From Leptolyngbyaceae cyanobacterium (lineage in GTDB: Bacteria; Cyanobacteriota; Cyanobacteriia; Phormidesmidales; Phormidesmidaceae): 64,000 nucleotides of DNA. The stretch lies in NCBI GenBank assembly GCA_965263355.1, contig CBDHHL010000056.1, forward strand, positions 1,280,001 to 1,344,000, given 5' to 3'. The notes beneath the pieces are model-generated. The model was not told the DNA's origin. It did not search any database and saw nothing but the letters and a program-made list of their open reading frames with translations. This document shows, one piece after another, positions 28,261 to 37,170 of the stretch. The position numbers and the translations under genes were made by a program. The stretch's first letter is position 1, and each line of letters starts with the position of its first letter.

Positions 28261-28890
28261 ATGAAAATAGGTAAGCTGTGGAGTGCGGCTATTACTGCCT
28301 CTACTTTTTCTGTTTTAGCTTTTTCCGCTCAAGAGGTTAAGGCCATGTCCTTTACTCTTGACTTTACAGACAATAGTGTATTCTTTGGTGCGCCATCTAG
28401 CATTTCTAATGTTAATTTAGGCGGCGTCAATGTAAATGTAAATGCTACTACGCGTGGTGGTGAAGATAGTCGACTGTTGACCTTTAACAATGCTGGTGTT
28501 GGCATCTTAGGTGATGGCATAGACAACATTAGTGGATCAGCTGGTATAGATAACGATGAAGTGCTCGAGCTTACCTTTTCTAAATTAGTGAGATTCACGT
28601 CAATTAATTTTGTTGGTATTACGCCTGGTAGCGATGACTTTGCGTTAAGAATTGATGGCACTATTTTTGGTGCCGACCCTACTCCCATCAGTTCTAATGC
28701 GTTTAATTTCGTATCGCCAGGTACAGATTTTGGTGCCCTATTTAGGATTGAAACCCGAGACAATAACGATCGATTTCGTATAAATAGTATTTCTGGTGAG
28801 GTGATTCCTACGCCTGCACTGTTGCCTGGGTTATTAGGACTAGGTGTTGCAGCATGGCGTAGACGTCGTCAAGATGCAACTGATGCCTAA
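28261..28890 (+). CDS. PTPA-CTERM sorting-domain protein (paralog of 26919..27557)
   Basis: Shared FTLDFTD, FSK.V.FT.I.F, SDD..LRIDG, NND.FRI.SISGEV.PTPALLPGL.GLG.AA.RRRRQ.ATDA. Confidence 0.92.
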   Translation: MKIGKLWSAAITASTFSVLAFSAQEVKAMSFTLDFTDNSVFFGAPSSISNVNLGGVNVNVNATTRGGEDSRLLTFNNAGVGILGDGIDNISGSAGIDNDEVLELTFSKLVRFTSINFVGITPGSDDFALRIDGTIFGADPTPISSNAFNFVSPGTDFGALFRIETRDNNDRFRINSISGEVIPTPALLPGLLGLGVAAWRRRRQDATDA

Positions 28891-28939
28891 AGTAAAGCTG
28901 TAGTTTTATAACAGCTGATTATGTATCAGTCCTTTGCCC

Positions 28940-28988
28940 AGTGAAGGTCTATTTTCATTTTGGCTCTGGTAGTAAATAGACCTTCACT
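28940..28988 (+). terminator. 3'-UTR hairpin
   Basis: AGTGAAGGTCTATTT / AAATAGACCTTCACT, 15-bp perfect stem. Confidence 0.7.
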
Positions 28989-29175
28989 ATCTGTCTACCC
29001 CTGTCTCCTGCCCTGACTTATTCTGGGCTTCTCGGGCTATGGTTTCTTTTACTTTTCCCGGAGTGGTCGCCAACTCTTCAGTAAATTACTTAGATAGAGT
29101 ATGAAAAGATAGTCAACTATCTAAAACGTTTAACGGTGCCATCTGGAAAAATAGTCTAGTGTGGAGTAGAACGCT

Positions 29176-30096
29176 ATGAACTGGATGCAGCAGATTAGTC
29201 AAAGGGGGCTTGAGTGCCTAAAAGGCATTATAAAGACTAATCATGGGCGAATAGTGTTACTGGGCCTTTTTATTGGTCTGCTTTATTTTCCAGTGTGGGT
29301 ACATGATTTAGTGATTCGTTCGATTAGTGGTTCTACCGGACTAGCACTTATTTCCTGTGCCGCTCTGATGGCACTCTTTCCCCTATGGAAAAATCGCCGG
29401 TATTTAACCCAACTATCGGCCTCCGAGGAAGATCAAGTTATTGGCAACCTTCTAATTTTGGGAAGCATTGCTATCTTGCCATTTTTTTACTCAGAGATGT
29501 GGGCGAAAGCGTTAATTTGGTTATTTATTTTAATTGGGATTACCCTTAGCACCTGGGGTGCTGCATTTTTTGCTAAGTACCCGCTCACAACATTTTTGAT
29601 TCCGCTAACGGTTTACACTCGACCTGGCATCCTTGCGCAAGGGGCTTGGCGTTTTGTAATGCCCCCTGATTTTCTGGAAAATATTATGGCTGCCGCCAGC
29701 GTAAAGGTGTTGCAGTTGATGGGGCAAGCGGCTGTCGCCCAAGGGCGGTTTATTACCATGCCAACGGGGGGCGCAGTGGAAGTGGCCTGGCGTTGTAATG
29801 GTTTTAATATGGCAGTAGCTATGGCTGTAACCGGGTTGCTGCTAGGTATCTTTTTTAAGCGCACGCGATCGCAGATTGCGCGATTAATGGTAGTCGGTGC
29901 TGTTGTGGGTCTGGTATTTAATGTACCTCGGGTGATGCTAATGGCTATGGCCCATGCCTATTGGGGCGAATGGTGGTTTGACTTTTGGCATGGGTCCTGG
30001 GGCGCACAGATTTTTGTTGGGGTATTGTTTACAGTTTACTATTATGTGGCTATGGCAATGCTCAATAGACAAAAGCGCAGTCTAAAAAAGGGTTAA
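29176..30096 (+). CDS. crtC: cyanoexosortase (probably type C, PTPA-CTERM-associated)
   Basis: Multi-TM protein with exosortase triad: VEVAWRCNG (Cys), NVPR (Arg), FWHG (His); directly after the PTPA-CTERM genes. Subtype assigned from context. Confidence 0.82.
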   Translation: MNWMQQISQRGLECLKGIIKTNHGRIVLLGLFIGLLYFPVWVHDLVIRSISGSTGLALISCAALMALFPLWKNRRYLTQLSASEEDQVIGNLLILGSIAILPFFYSEMWAKALIWLFILIGITLSTWGAAFFAKYPLTTFLIPLTVYTRPGILAQGAWRFVMPPDFLENIMAAASVKVLQLMGQAAVAQGRFITMPTGGAVEVAWRCNGFNMAVAMAVTGLLLGIFFKRTRSQIARLMVVGAVVGLVFNVPRVMLMAMAHAYWGEWWFDFWHGSWGAQIFVGVLFTVYYYVAMAMLNRQKRSLKKG

Positions 30097-30245
30097 CTGG
30101 CAATTTTTCTAAAACTGATTAGTGTCGCCAATAAACTCTCCTTTTCATTTCCTAAATCGTTATTAACAGTAACTGTTGGCAATGACTTGATTACTCAAAG
30201 GCCGTAAAGCTGATCTATTTCTAAGTCTAGAAAATCAGGTTGAGC

Positions 30246-31484
30246 TTAATTCTTTAATCTACTGGCTAGTGTTTTATCAAAAACTTGCTGCGTAAGACGC
30301 AAAATACGTAGTACGTAGTATAAGAAAAATAAATTTGATGGTAGTTCTATAGTAGCCAAGTCTGCCAATGTTGGTTCTAAGAGCGTTAAACAAAAACGTA
30401 GACGTTGGTGCCAACCAGGCATTAATTTGAGTTGGTGGAGTGTATAGGATACTTCAAATTTTGATTGGAGGGAATAGTGTTCCTGAGTGAAGATACTCTG
30501 TTGGATTGCCTTAGCCACAGTGTGAGTACAAGTGGAGTTCATTAGCTGTTGTTGTATAGTGTCAGGTAATATAACCCCGCATAGATCTTGTGCTAAGCTC
30601 AGACCTAACAAAAAGCTAGGTAACATTCCTAAATCGTTTGATCTGTCAAGTAGATACTCCCAGTTTAGATTTTCCTGTGCTTTTATCAACATTGCCAAAT
30701 CGCAAATCTTACCCAAATGACACCAAAGATCTTCAGCACCTTGGGCACATGAGATAAGGATACTGATCTCTGGAGTAAGACAAATAACTTGACGTCCTCC
30801 AAGATTTATTGTCTGGGTGTGTTGCCAAATCCATCTGACGTCAAACAAATGGGAAAATTGTTTTGATAGAATACCTTGGTGAATATCTAGGAAGAATTGA
30901 CTTTTAGGATTATATAAGCTAAATTCTTTCTGCGACTTAAGATATTCAAACTGTTGTTGCTTACTCAGTTTTGCTAGGTACGTCCTTTCTGTGGCAGCCA
31001 TGATGGTGTCACATTGATATCCATGTTTAACTGCAATATCCCTGAGAACTAAAAAGTCATTTGGGGCAACCAATAAATCGAGGTCGGAGAACATACGAAG
31101 TGATAAATCTCCGTAGGCAATCTGCGCTATTGTTGGACCTTTAAAGGTGATAGATTTAATACTATGGGCATCTAAAATATCCAGAAACGCTATCAGCTCC
31201 TGTACTAGTCTGAAGTTGCGCTGAATAGTCTGTAGGTGTAGTCTACGTAATTCCTGTAGGATATGATCTGGTACCGCTTGAGAAGAGAAAGGAGAAAGAG
31301 ATTTATATAGTAACGGCAGTAATCTATGAAACCGTGCTAGTTTTAGTAGCTTTTCCCAGTCTATTTTTGACTGTTTTATAATCTGCTGTATCTGTGCCTG
31401 ACGATTTAAGTCTGGATCGACATTAATACAGTTCAGCAGTAAGGCTATTTCTGGTTTCAAGGTAGACATATTTAAATCGCCCAT
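30246..31484 (-). CDS. nucleotidyltransferase family protein (lasso-cluster type, PsmN/PadeN-like)
   Basis: IDWEKLL..A..H.L.PLL, FKGP..A...YGD..LR..SDLDLLV, DIH. Confidence 0.85.
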   Translation of the reverse strand: MGDLNMSTLKPEIALLLNCINVDPDLNRQAQIQQIIKQSKIDWEKLLKLARFHRLLPLLYKSLSPFSSQAVPDHILQELRRLHLQTIQRNFRLVQELIAFLDILDAHSIKSITFKGPTIAQIAYGDLSLRMFSDLDLLVAPNDFLVLRDIAVKHGYQCDTIMAATERTYLAKLSKQQQFEYLKSQKEFSLYNPKSQFFLDIHQGILSKQFSHLFDVRWIWQHTQTINLGGRQVICLTPEISILISCAQGAEDLWCHLGKICDLAMLIKAQENLNWEYLLDRSNDLGMLPSFLLGLSLAQDLCGVILPDTIQQQLMNSTCTHTVAKAIQQSIFTQEHYSLQSKFEVSYTLHQLKLMPGWHQRLRFCLTLLEPTLADLATIELPSNLFFLYYVLRILRLTQQVFDKTLASRLKN

Positions 31485-31528
31485 AGGTAGGTGCCCATTT
31501 ATATCAACTTATTAATTAGCAACTATCG

Positions 31529-33358
31529 CTACCAATAGTTTTTAGCCTGAATTTCGAAGAGATAAGCATAGGTACGTTGCTGTCTCATAAGCTCCTGGTG
31601 AGTACCGCTCTCTACTATTCTGCCTTTATCCATTACATAAATCCGATCGGCCATCTTAACGGTTGAAAGGCGATGGGTAATTAAAATAGCGGCCTGATCT
31701 TGAATCAAATGTTTAAAGTTTCGAAATACTTCATATTCTGCTTTAGGATCCATTGCACTGGTAGGTTCATCCAAAACAATCAGTTGAGATTTTCGTAAAA
31801 AAGCTCTTGCTAAGGCTACTTTTTGCCACTGGCCTATACTAAGTTCTTCACCTTGATCAAAAATCTTACCGAGTATAGTGTCATACCCTGAGGGTAATCT
31901 TTGAATTACCTCATGGGCTCCTGCTTTCTTCGCTGCGAATACTACCTCGGGGGCATTTGATGCAAGCTGAGTGTTCCCAATCCAAATGTTATCATGTGCT
32001 GAGAAATGATATTTAGCATAATCTTGGAAAATGACACTTATTTGCTGTCGCATTTCTGTCACGTCAAATGTTCGCAAATCCATGTCATCAACTGTGATGC
32101 GACCACTTGTTGGATCATAAAGACGGCAAAGTAGTTTGATGAGACTGGTTTTTCCTGAACCATTTTCACCTACCAGGGCAACTGTTTCTCCTGGGTTAAT
32201 AGTTAGGGAAATATCTGTCAGGGCTTGGCGTTCAGTACCCTCATATTGAAAACTTACATTCTCAAACCGAATTCCTTTTTTTAAGGTTTTAGGAAATGCT
32301 TTTGGTTGAGCAGGAACTTGGATTTGAGGTTGTAAATCAAGGAATTCATAGAGGTTGGTCAAAAAGAGATTATCTTCATATAAGCCAGACACACTTTTTA
32401 CGAGTACTGCTAGTGCTGTGTGACCACGCTGCAGTGCCTGGTGATAAACCACTAAATCACCCAATTTTAGACGATTATTAAAGGTCTCATAAAGAATAAA
32501 GCCATAGATGGCTGCAATAAAAATACCCGTAATCAATTGGGCTGCTAGCGAATAAATAGCTTTATAGGTGACCAGTTTAAGTTTAGCGTTGTAAATCTTT
32601 TGGCGTAAATGGCGAAAACGTTGATTAAAGAGATCGCCTAAACTAAACAAACGTATTTCCTTGGCAAATAACTCTCCGGTTAATAGCCAGCCCAAATACA
32701 TGGACTGACGGTCAACAGGTGTCCATTTTCGTTGCCAATGATAAAGTTTACGAGAGTAAATTACTTTAACAGCCAAACTTGGTAAGGCTGCTAGTAGTAA
32801 AATGCCTGTGATGCCCCAATGAAGAGTGAGCAGCAAGCCTAGCATGGCGGCTAGAGAGATGAGGTTTTGCCCTACCTGAGCCAGTCTAGTGAGAATTTGA
32901 TTGGGGCGATAGGTAGCTTCTTGCTGAGCACGCTGTAAAGTGTCGTGATAGCGAGCATTTTCATAATAAGCAAGATCTACCTCATAGGATTTGGCATATA
33001 AAATATGCCGCATATAGTCTGATACTTTCTGTGTTTGAGCGACTGCTATCAGCTCAGAAAAAGATGTGCAGAGTAACGTAATTAAGGCAATAAGACTAAT
33101 GGCTAATAAAGGTGGCCATAGTTGGGGGAATACATTAGTGAGCGTGTCTGTTGCATTCGCTGCAACTAATGCCTCAGTAAGTGAATCTACAATGAGTTTC
33201 GTCAGATAGATAGTGGCGGTGGGTAAAAGACCTTGTAATATGATGAGAGCAACCCGAACCACTGTCCACTTTGGACTACTTTGCCAGACCAGTTGTAGTG
33301 CAGGCCGTAGCAAACTAACGAATTTAAGTTTTTTCCTGACATATCTTAAAACTTGCAT
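31529..33358 (-). CDS. ABC exporter, fused permease/ATPase (lasso D-like)
   Basis: TM domain, AKEIRLF, GENGSGKT, LSIGQWQKVALARAF, LDEPTSAMD. Confidence 0.92.
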   Translation of the reverse strand: MQVLRYVRKKLKFVSLLRPALQLVWQSSPKWTVVRVALIILQGLLPTATIYLTKLIVDSLTEALVAANATDTLTNVFPQLWPPLLAISLIALITLLCTSFSELIAVAQTQKVSDYMRHILYAKSYEVDLAYYENARYHDTLQRAQQEATYRPNQILTRLAQVGQNLISLAAMLGLLLTLHWGITGILLLAALPSLAVKVIYSRKLYHWQRKWTPVDRQSMYLGWLLTGELFAKEIRLFSLGDLFNQRFRHLRQKIYNAKLKLVTYKAIYSLAAQLITGIFIAAIYGFILYETFNNRLKLGDLVVYHQALQRGHTALAVLVKSVSGLYEDNLFLTNLYEFLDLQPQIQVPAQPKAFPKTLKKGIRFENVSFQYEGTERQALTDISLTINPGETVALVGENGSGKTSLIKLLCRLYDPTSGRITVDDMDLRTFDVTEMRQQISVIFQDYAKYHFSAHDNIWIGNTQLASNAPEVVFAAKKAGAHEVIQRLPSGYDTILGKIFDQGEELSIGQWQKVALARAFLRKSQLIVLDEPTSAMDPKAEYEVFRNFKHLIQDQAAILITHRLSTVKMADRIYVMDKGRIVESGTHQELMRQQRTYAYLFEIQAKNYW

Positions 33359-33392
33359 AGTGTTTATGGCATGGCTGCCAATGGTGTTGATA

Positions 33393-34256
33393 CTACCCTA
33401 AATCTGTTTTGATGGTGTTGATAAGCTCAGGTAATTGTTGCAATGATTGCCTTTTGGGTAGTTGTGCTACAGGCACTGTTTTTAGTAAATGTTGACACTG
33501 CTCAAAATGAGTCCGCATAAAGTCTGGCCCCACCAGCGTATTCATAGTGCGTGAATAGCTTACCAAGCTCATAAAAGCCTGCGCACCTGAGACAGGTTCT
33601 ATCGTTGTTGACGATTCGCCACCCAATAGATACAGCTTCTTTAAAAGGATAGAGCGCTCAAAGAAATGAGTTTCTACTGGATGGATTCGTTTATTTGTAG
33701 AAGCGCCAAAGTCTATGGGAGAGTTAAGATGCTTTGCAGCAGTCACAGCTGAATCAGGCAAAAGCTTTACGAGTGGATAACTGGGAATAGCAAAGCATCC
33801 CTTCGTTTGAATATCAACGGTTAGGACATCATCGGTAATCAGGTCATGGCCCTGGCTATGAAATGCTGTTGCTAGGGTAGATTTTCCCCAACCTGAATGA
33901 CCTAGAAAAGCAATCGCTTCAGATCCAATGCGAACACTACTGCCATGTAAAATCAGATAACCTCTCTGGCGTAGGATAACAGACATGCCAGCAGCTAGTA
34001 CACTAACTCTGAGAAGTTCAGAATCAACATTTGCAACAGGAGAGACAATTAGCTCGCAGCCCTCCTTAAATAAAAAGTTAGCAATATCAGGTAAAGAGCC
34101 ACATAGTTGATTCGTTGTGTTGAGCTGCTCTTCTTTGCTTAAATCTAAAGTCTCGAGTCTTATATTTACATCTGGTTTATCTGATAGAGGTTGAGTATTT
34201 AGCAGTGATATATCACTTGAAATTGTTAGGCCGTATGCACTAAATAGATAAGCCAT
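33393..34256 (-). CDS. HPr-kinase-like lasso peptide kinase (PadeK/PsmK-like)
   Basis: YGL.I.S, LRQRG..ILHGS, GHSGWGKSTLA Walker A, LITDD; directly downstream of the precursor. Confidence 0.85.
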   Translation of the reverse strand: MAYLFSAYGLTISSDISLLNTQPLSDKPDVNIRLETLDLSKEEQLNTTNQLCGSLPDIANFLFKEGCELIVSPVANVDSELLRVSVLAAGMSVILRQRGYLILHGSSVRIGSEAIAFLGHSGWGKSTLATAFHSQGHDLITDDVLTVDIQTKGCFAIPSYPLVKLLPDSAVTAAKHLNSPIDFGASTNKRIHPVETHFFERSILLKKLYLLGGESSTTIEPVSGAQAFMSLVSYSRTMNTLVGPDFMRTHFEQCQHLLKTVPVAQLPKRQSLQQLPELINTIKTDLG

Positions 34257-34375
34257 AACTATTTATTGAGTAAATAGTATCAATTAATACTTTAATCTTC
34301 TAACACCATTTAGAATAATATCTAAATTAAGTAAGCGAGGTTTCTTGCTGTAACTAGCATTACATCCTTTATTAA

Positions 34376-34400
34376 CAGCCCCCGGATTATCCGAGGGCTG
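34376..34400 (-). terminator. stem-loop directly after lasso precursor
   Basis: Minus strand CAGCCCUCGGA-UAA-UCCGGGGGCUG, 8 nt after the stop, followed by UUAAUAAAA (weak U tract). Confidence 0.65.
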
Positions 34401-34407
34401 ATTTGCC

Positions 34408-34578
34408 TTAAAGCGTGGTGTTAACGATTACATCATTAGAGCCAGTTTGATTAAGACCTAATAATGGATTACCATTAACAATAGTTGCATCAGACTGAGG
34501 TGCGCCTCCTGTAGCCTGAGTAAGCTCCTTTGCATTCCCAAAAGAGTTAAGCTTGGGTGCCTTGTATGCTTTCTTCAT
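34408..34578 (-). CDS. lasso peptide precursor (A), 56 aa, not in ORF track
   Basis: Manual translation MKKAYKAPKLNSFGNAKELTQ-ATGGAPQSDATIVNGNPLLGLNQTGSNDVIVNTTL; leader YxxPxL motif, Gly, Thr at -2; Asp9 in core; GGAG RBS 8 nt upstream; lies between cyclase and kinase. Confidence 0.92.
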   Translation of the reverse strand: MKKAYKAPKLNSFGNAKELTQATGGAPQSDATIVNGNPLLGLNQTGSNDVIVNTTL

Positions 34579-34708
34579 GTACTTTTCTCCGATTTTAATG
34601 GATATTAATTGACAGGAATCAGTTAGTAGATGCGCCCATTATTCTACTAATAAAAAACTCTATAAGTCATCTACTAAAGTCTTATATTAGTATCAGATTT
34701 TAATATCT

Positions 34709-36736
34709 TCATCCAGTCTCCTTAGATTCAATAAAAGAGAACCAAATTGCCATTGTCATCGCAGACCAGATAATGCCGCTATCTTTTTCAGAAAGCTCTT
34801 GATTGCTCACAAAAAGCCTGCTGAGCTTTAGAAAGAAACTATAATTAATATAGTTGCTGATTAATGCTTCAGAATCAGAGAGTAGTTTTTCTAATCTAGT
34901 CTTATCAAATTTATTTAAAGTTCCATGAAATGCCTGTGCTGGAGTTTTTTTCCAATGACGCCATTGGATTTCGTGGGGTAATATATTTTCCATGGCTCGT
35001 CTTAAGATTACCCTTGACCAACCTCTATAAAGCTTCTGCTGAGATGGAACAGCAAGACAAAACTCTACTAATCTTTTATCTAAAAATGGATAGCGAGTTT
35101 CAATTGAGAAGGCGTAGCTCATCAGATCCATTATTTCTAAAGGGATTATAAAGAGACCTCCTGAAATTTTTTCCCATTGTCTATATCGAACAACTTGAGG
35201 TCCATCATGCGTAGTTTGTGGCGCTGATGTAGATCTTTTATTTTTTATGAGATCCCAGAAATCTTCTCTAATCAGAGATTGTGATTTATCTTTATCTATT
35301 TCTTTCCTCTGTCTTACCCAGTTATCTCTGCAGAATATCGCAAATTCTTTAAGCAATCCTGGTATCAATCCCTTTAAACAATAATCAACCACCAGTTGAG
35401 CTTTAGAAATGCATAACATGGGAGCAAGGTTATTTATAGCTCTAGCAATTAAAATAATCTTGCGTTGTTCTACTAGTTTTTCTAGTTGAGGTAATCCATG
35501 CTGTTTAGCTAGCAAAGAAAGCGGATAATTAGTCTTCTCACTTAGTTGATTAGCCTCTTGGACAAAAAGGTGCCATTGATTTTGACAGGCAATTTCTGTC
35601 AACCTCATGATTCCATGGGAAACGATGGTATCACCGTCAAACCCATTCAAAAGAATACGAACATCGGTTTGCTTCGCCATTTTATTGATGCCCCACATTA
35701 AATATCCATTGCCAATGGTGGGTTCTTCAACAGACTTAAACATTTCTACGCAGTTTGTCAGTGGTCCTGAGCGATCAGCATGGATGTAGTGGGGGATAAA
35801 ATCGTCATGATTGAGCACAAGGTCAATATATTCACGCTCATCAGACTCAGGAAAGTCATCAAAAATGTTAGAAAACGTATGTAGTTCTTGTTTTCCATGT
35901 TTCTGTAATAGGTTGCGAGCGGTGCAGGCAATAGATGAGGAGTCTAAGCCGCCACTCAGGTGGGAACCAATGGGAAACGCACTACGTAACCGACAATACA
36001 CGGCCTCTGTAAACAGCTTTTTGAAAGTTTTGGCGTAGTCTTCGTCAGATTCTAAGCAAATTTCACGGGTGGGGTCTAATGCCCAATATTTTTGAGGTTT
36101 GGAATATCCTTGAGCTGTGACGATTAGGCTGCTAGCAGGGGGTAAACGCCAAATATCTTGATACGAGGTGATCTCTTTGTCGTCTAGGTGACCTGTGAGA
36201 TAGTCTGCAATTCTTGCTTCGTTGATTTTGCAAGGAATACTTGATAGTCGTATTAATGCTTTAATTTCTGAAGCAAAAAGAAATCGGTGGTCAGATTTAT
36301 AGTAGTAAAAAGGTTTGACTCCAAAATGATCGCGGGCACAAAATAGCTGCTGTCCATCCCAAATTGAAAAGGCGAAGTCTCCAAGTAAATGATCAGGACA
36401 ATCTGTGCCCCATTTTTCATAGGCTGCCAAAATAAATTCGCTATCGGCAATCTTCTCTAATGGTCGATTGGGTAACGTTAGTACTCTAGCTAGCTCATCC
36501 CGGTTGTCAATACGTGCTTCAGCAGTGATCGATAAATTACCCTTTACCAAAGGGAGCCGTTCATTGAGTGATTCCGGGGTTGTCCAGAGCATACGGTGGC
36601 CCATACCGACGGAGCCGTCATACCAGATATCAGAGCTATCAGGACCACGATGGGCTAAAATTTCAACCATTTGATGTAGCTCATTGGCGTCTATTAGCTT
36701 CTGATTTAGATGGTATATACCGACAATACCACTCAT
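34709..36736 (-). CDS. lasso peptide cyclase (C), asparagine-synthetase-like
   Basis: HRGPD, ARIDNR.EL, ARDHFGVKPFYY, LSGGLDSS, GFDGD, PFLDKRLVEF; begins MSGI (no glutaminase Cys); overlaps B2 by 4 nt. Confidence 0.92.
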   Translation of the reverse strand: MSGIVGIYHLNQKLIDANELHQMVEILAHRGPDSSDIWYDGSVGMGHRMLWTTPESLNERLPLVKGNLSITAEARIDNRDELARVLTLPNRPLEKIADSEFILAAYEKWGTDCPDHLLGDFAFSIWDGQQLFCARDHFGVKPFYYYKSDHRFLFASEIKALIRLSSIPCKINEARIADYLTGHLDDKEITSYQDIWRLPPASSLIVTAQGYSKPQKYWALDPTREICLESDEDYAKTFKKLFTEAVYCRLRSAFPIGSHLSGGLDSSSIACTARNLLQKHGKQELHTFSNIFDDFPESDEREYIDLVLNHDDFIPHYIHADRSGPLTNCVEMFKSVEEPTIGNGYLMWGINKMAKQTDVRILLNGFDGDTIVSHGIMRLTEIACQNQWHLFVQEANQLSEKTNYPLSLLAKQHGLPQLEKLVEQRKIILIARAINNLAPMLCISKAQLVVDYCLKGLIPGLLKEFAIFCRDNWVRQRKEIDKDKSQSLIREDFWDLIKNKRSTSAPQTTHDGPQVVRYRQWEKISGGLFIIPLEIMDLMSYAFSIETRYPFLDKRLVEFCLAVPSQQKLYRGWSRVILRRAMENILPHEIQWRHWKKTPAQAFHGTLNKFDKTRLEKLLSDSEALISNYINYSFFLKLSRLFVSNQELSEKDSGIIWSAMTMAIWFSFIESKETG

Positions 36737-37170
36737 CGTTTGACTCCTATTGCAGATAGTGGTTTAAATCGATTCAAATCCTTTAACCAGCCAATGATGA
36801 CCTGGTTTTGATATTCGATCCAGGCATGGGCTTCTAAGTCATTTGAATCACTTTTGGCAACACCAATATGTAACTGATGGTCATAGCCATATCGATTGAG
36901 CAGGAGTTGAGCTGTTAGTGCCTTTACCAAACATTTAGCGCCTCCGGGAGTGTAGTGGCTGCTAAGGGTAACGGCCCATATAATAAATCTCAAAGAGACT
37001 GACTCATGCTCACAGGTCCACACAGAAGTAATCTGTGCTAATTGATGTCTAACTGTATTGAAAGAAAATAGCCACAGGGCAAGACGCAAACTGTTAATCA
37101 GCAAACAAGCGTAGCAAATTACCTTGCGCTCATGCCATGACAAGCTCCATAGCTTAGATAGACGTCTCAT
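36733..37170 (-). CDS. lasso peptide leader peptidase (B2), transglutaminase-like
   Basis: KCLVKAL (Cys), L.IGV, AHAWIE (His). ATG at 37170 overlaps the end of B1. Confidence 0.92.
   Translation of the reverse strand: MRRLSKLWSLSWHERKVICYACLLINSLRLALWLFSFNTVRHQLAQITSVWTCEHESVSLRFIIWAVTLSSHYTPGGAKCLVKALTAQLLLNRYGYDHQLHIGVAKSDSNDLEAHAWIEYQNQVIIGWLKDLNRFKPLSAIGVKR

Noticed and set aside
26128..28763. Antisense ORFs 26128..26439, 26879..27286, 28329..28763 and similar shadow ORFs throughout the window
   Set aside because: Fully overlap well-supported genes on the opposite strand or another frame; explained by codon bias.
33393..34256. Housekeeping HPr kinase/phosphorylase
   Set aside because: Only the kinase core motifs are present and the context is the lasso cluster.
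34408..34512. Alternative core starting at Gly (GGAPQSD or GAPQSD)
   Set aside because: The first lacks Thr at -2 and the second gives a 6-residue ring; Ala1-Asp9 satisfies both rules. Not excluded experimentally.
34709..36736. Asparagine synthetase AsnB
   Set aside because: N-terminal catalytic Cys is replaced by Ser and the gene is flanked by B1, B2 and a precursor, so lasso cyclase is the better call.
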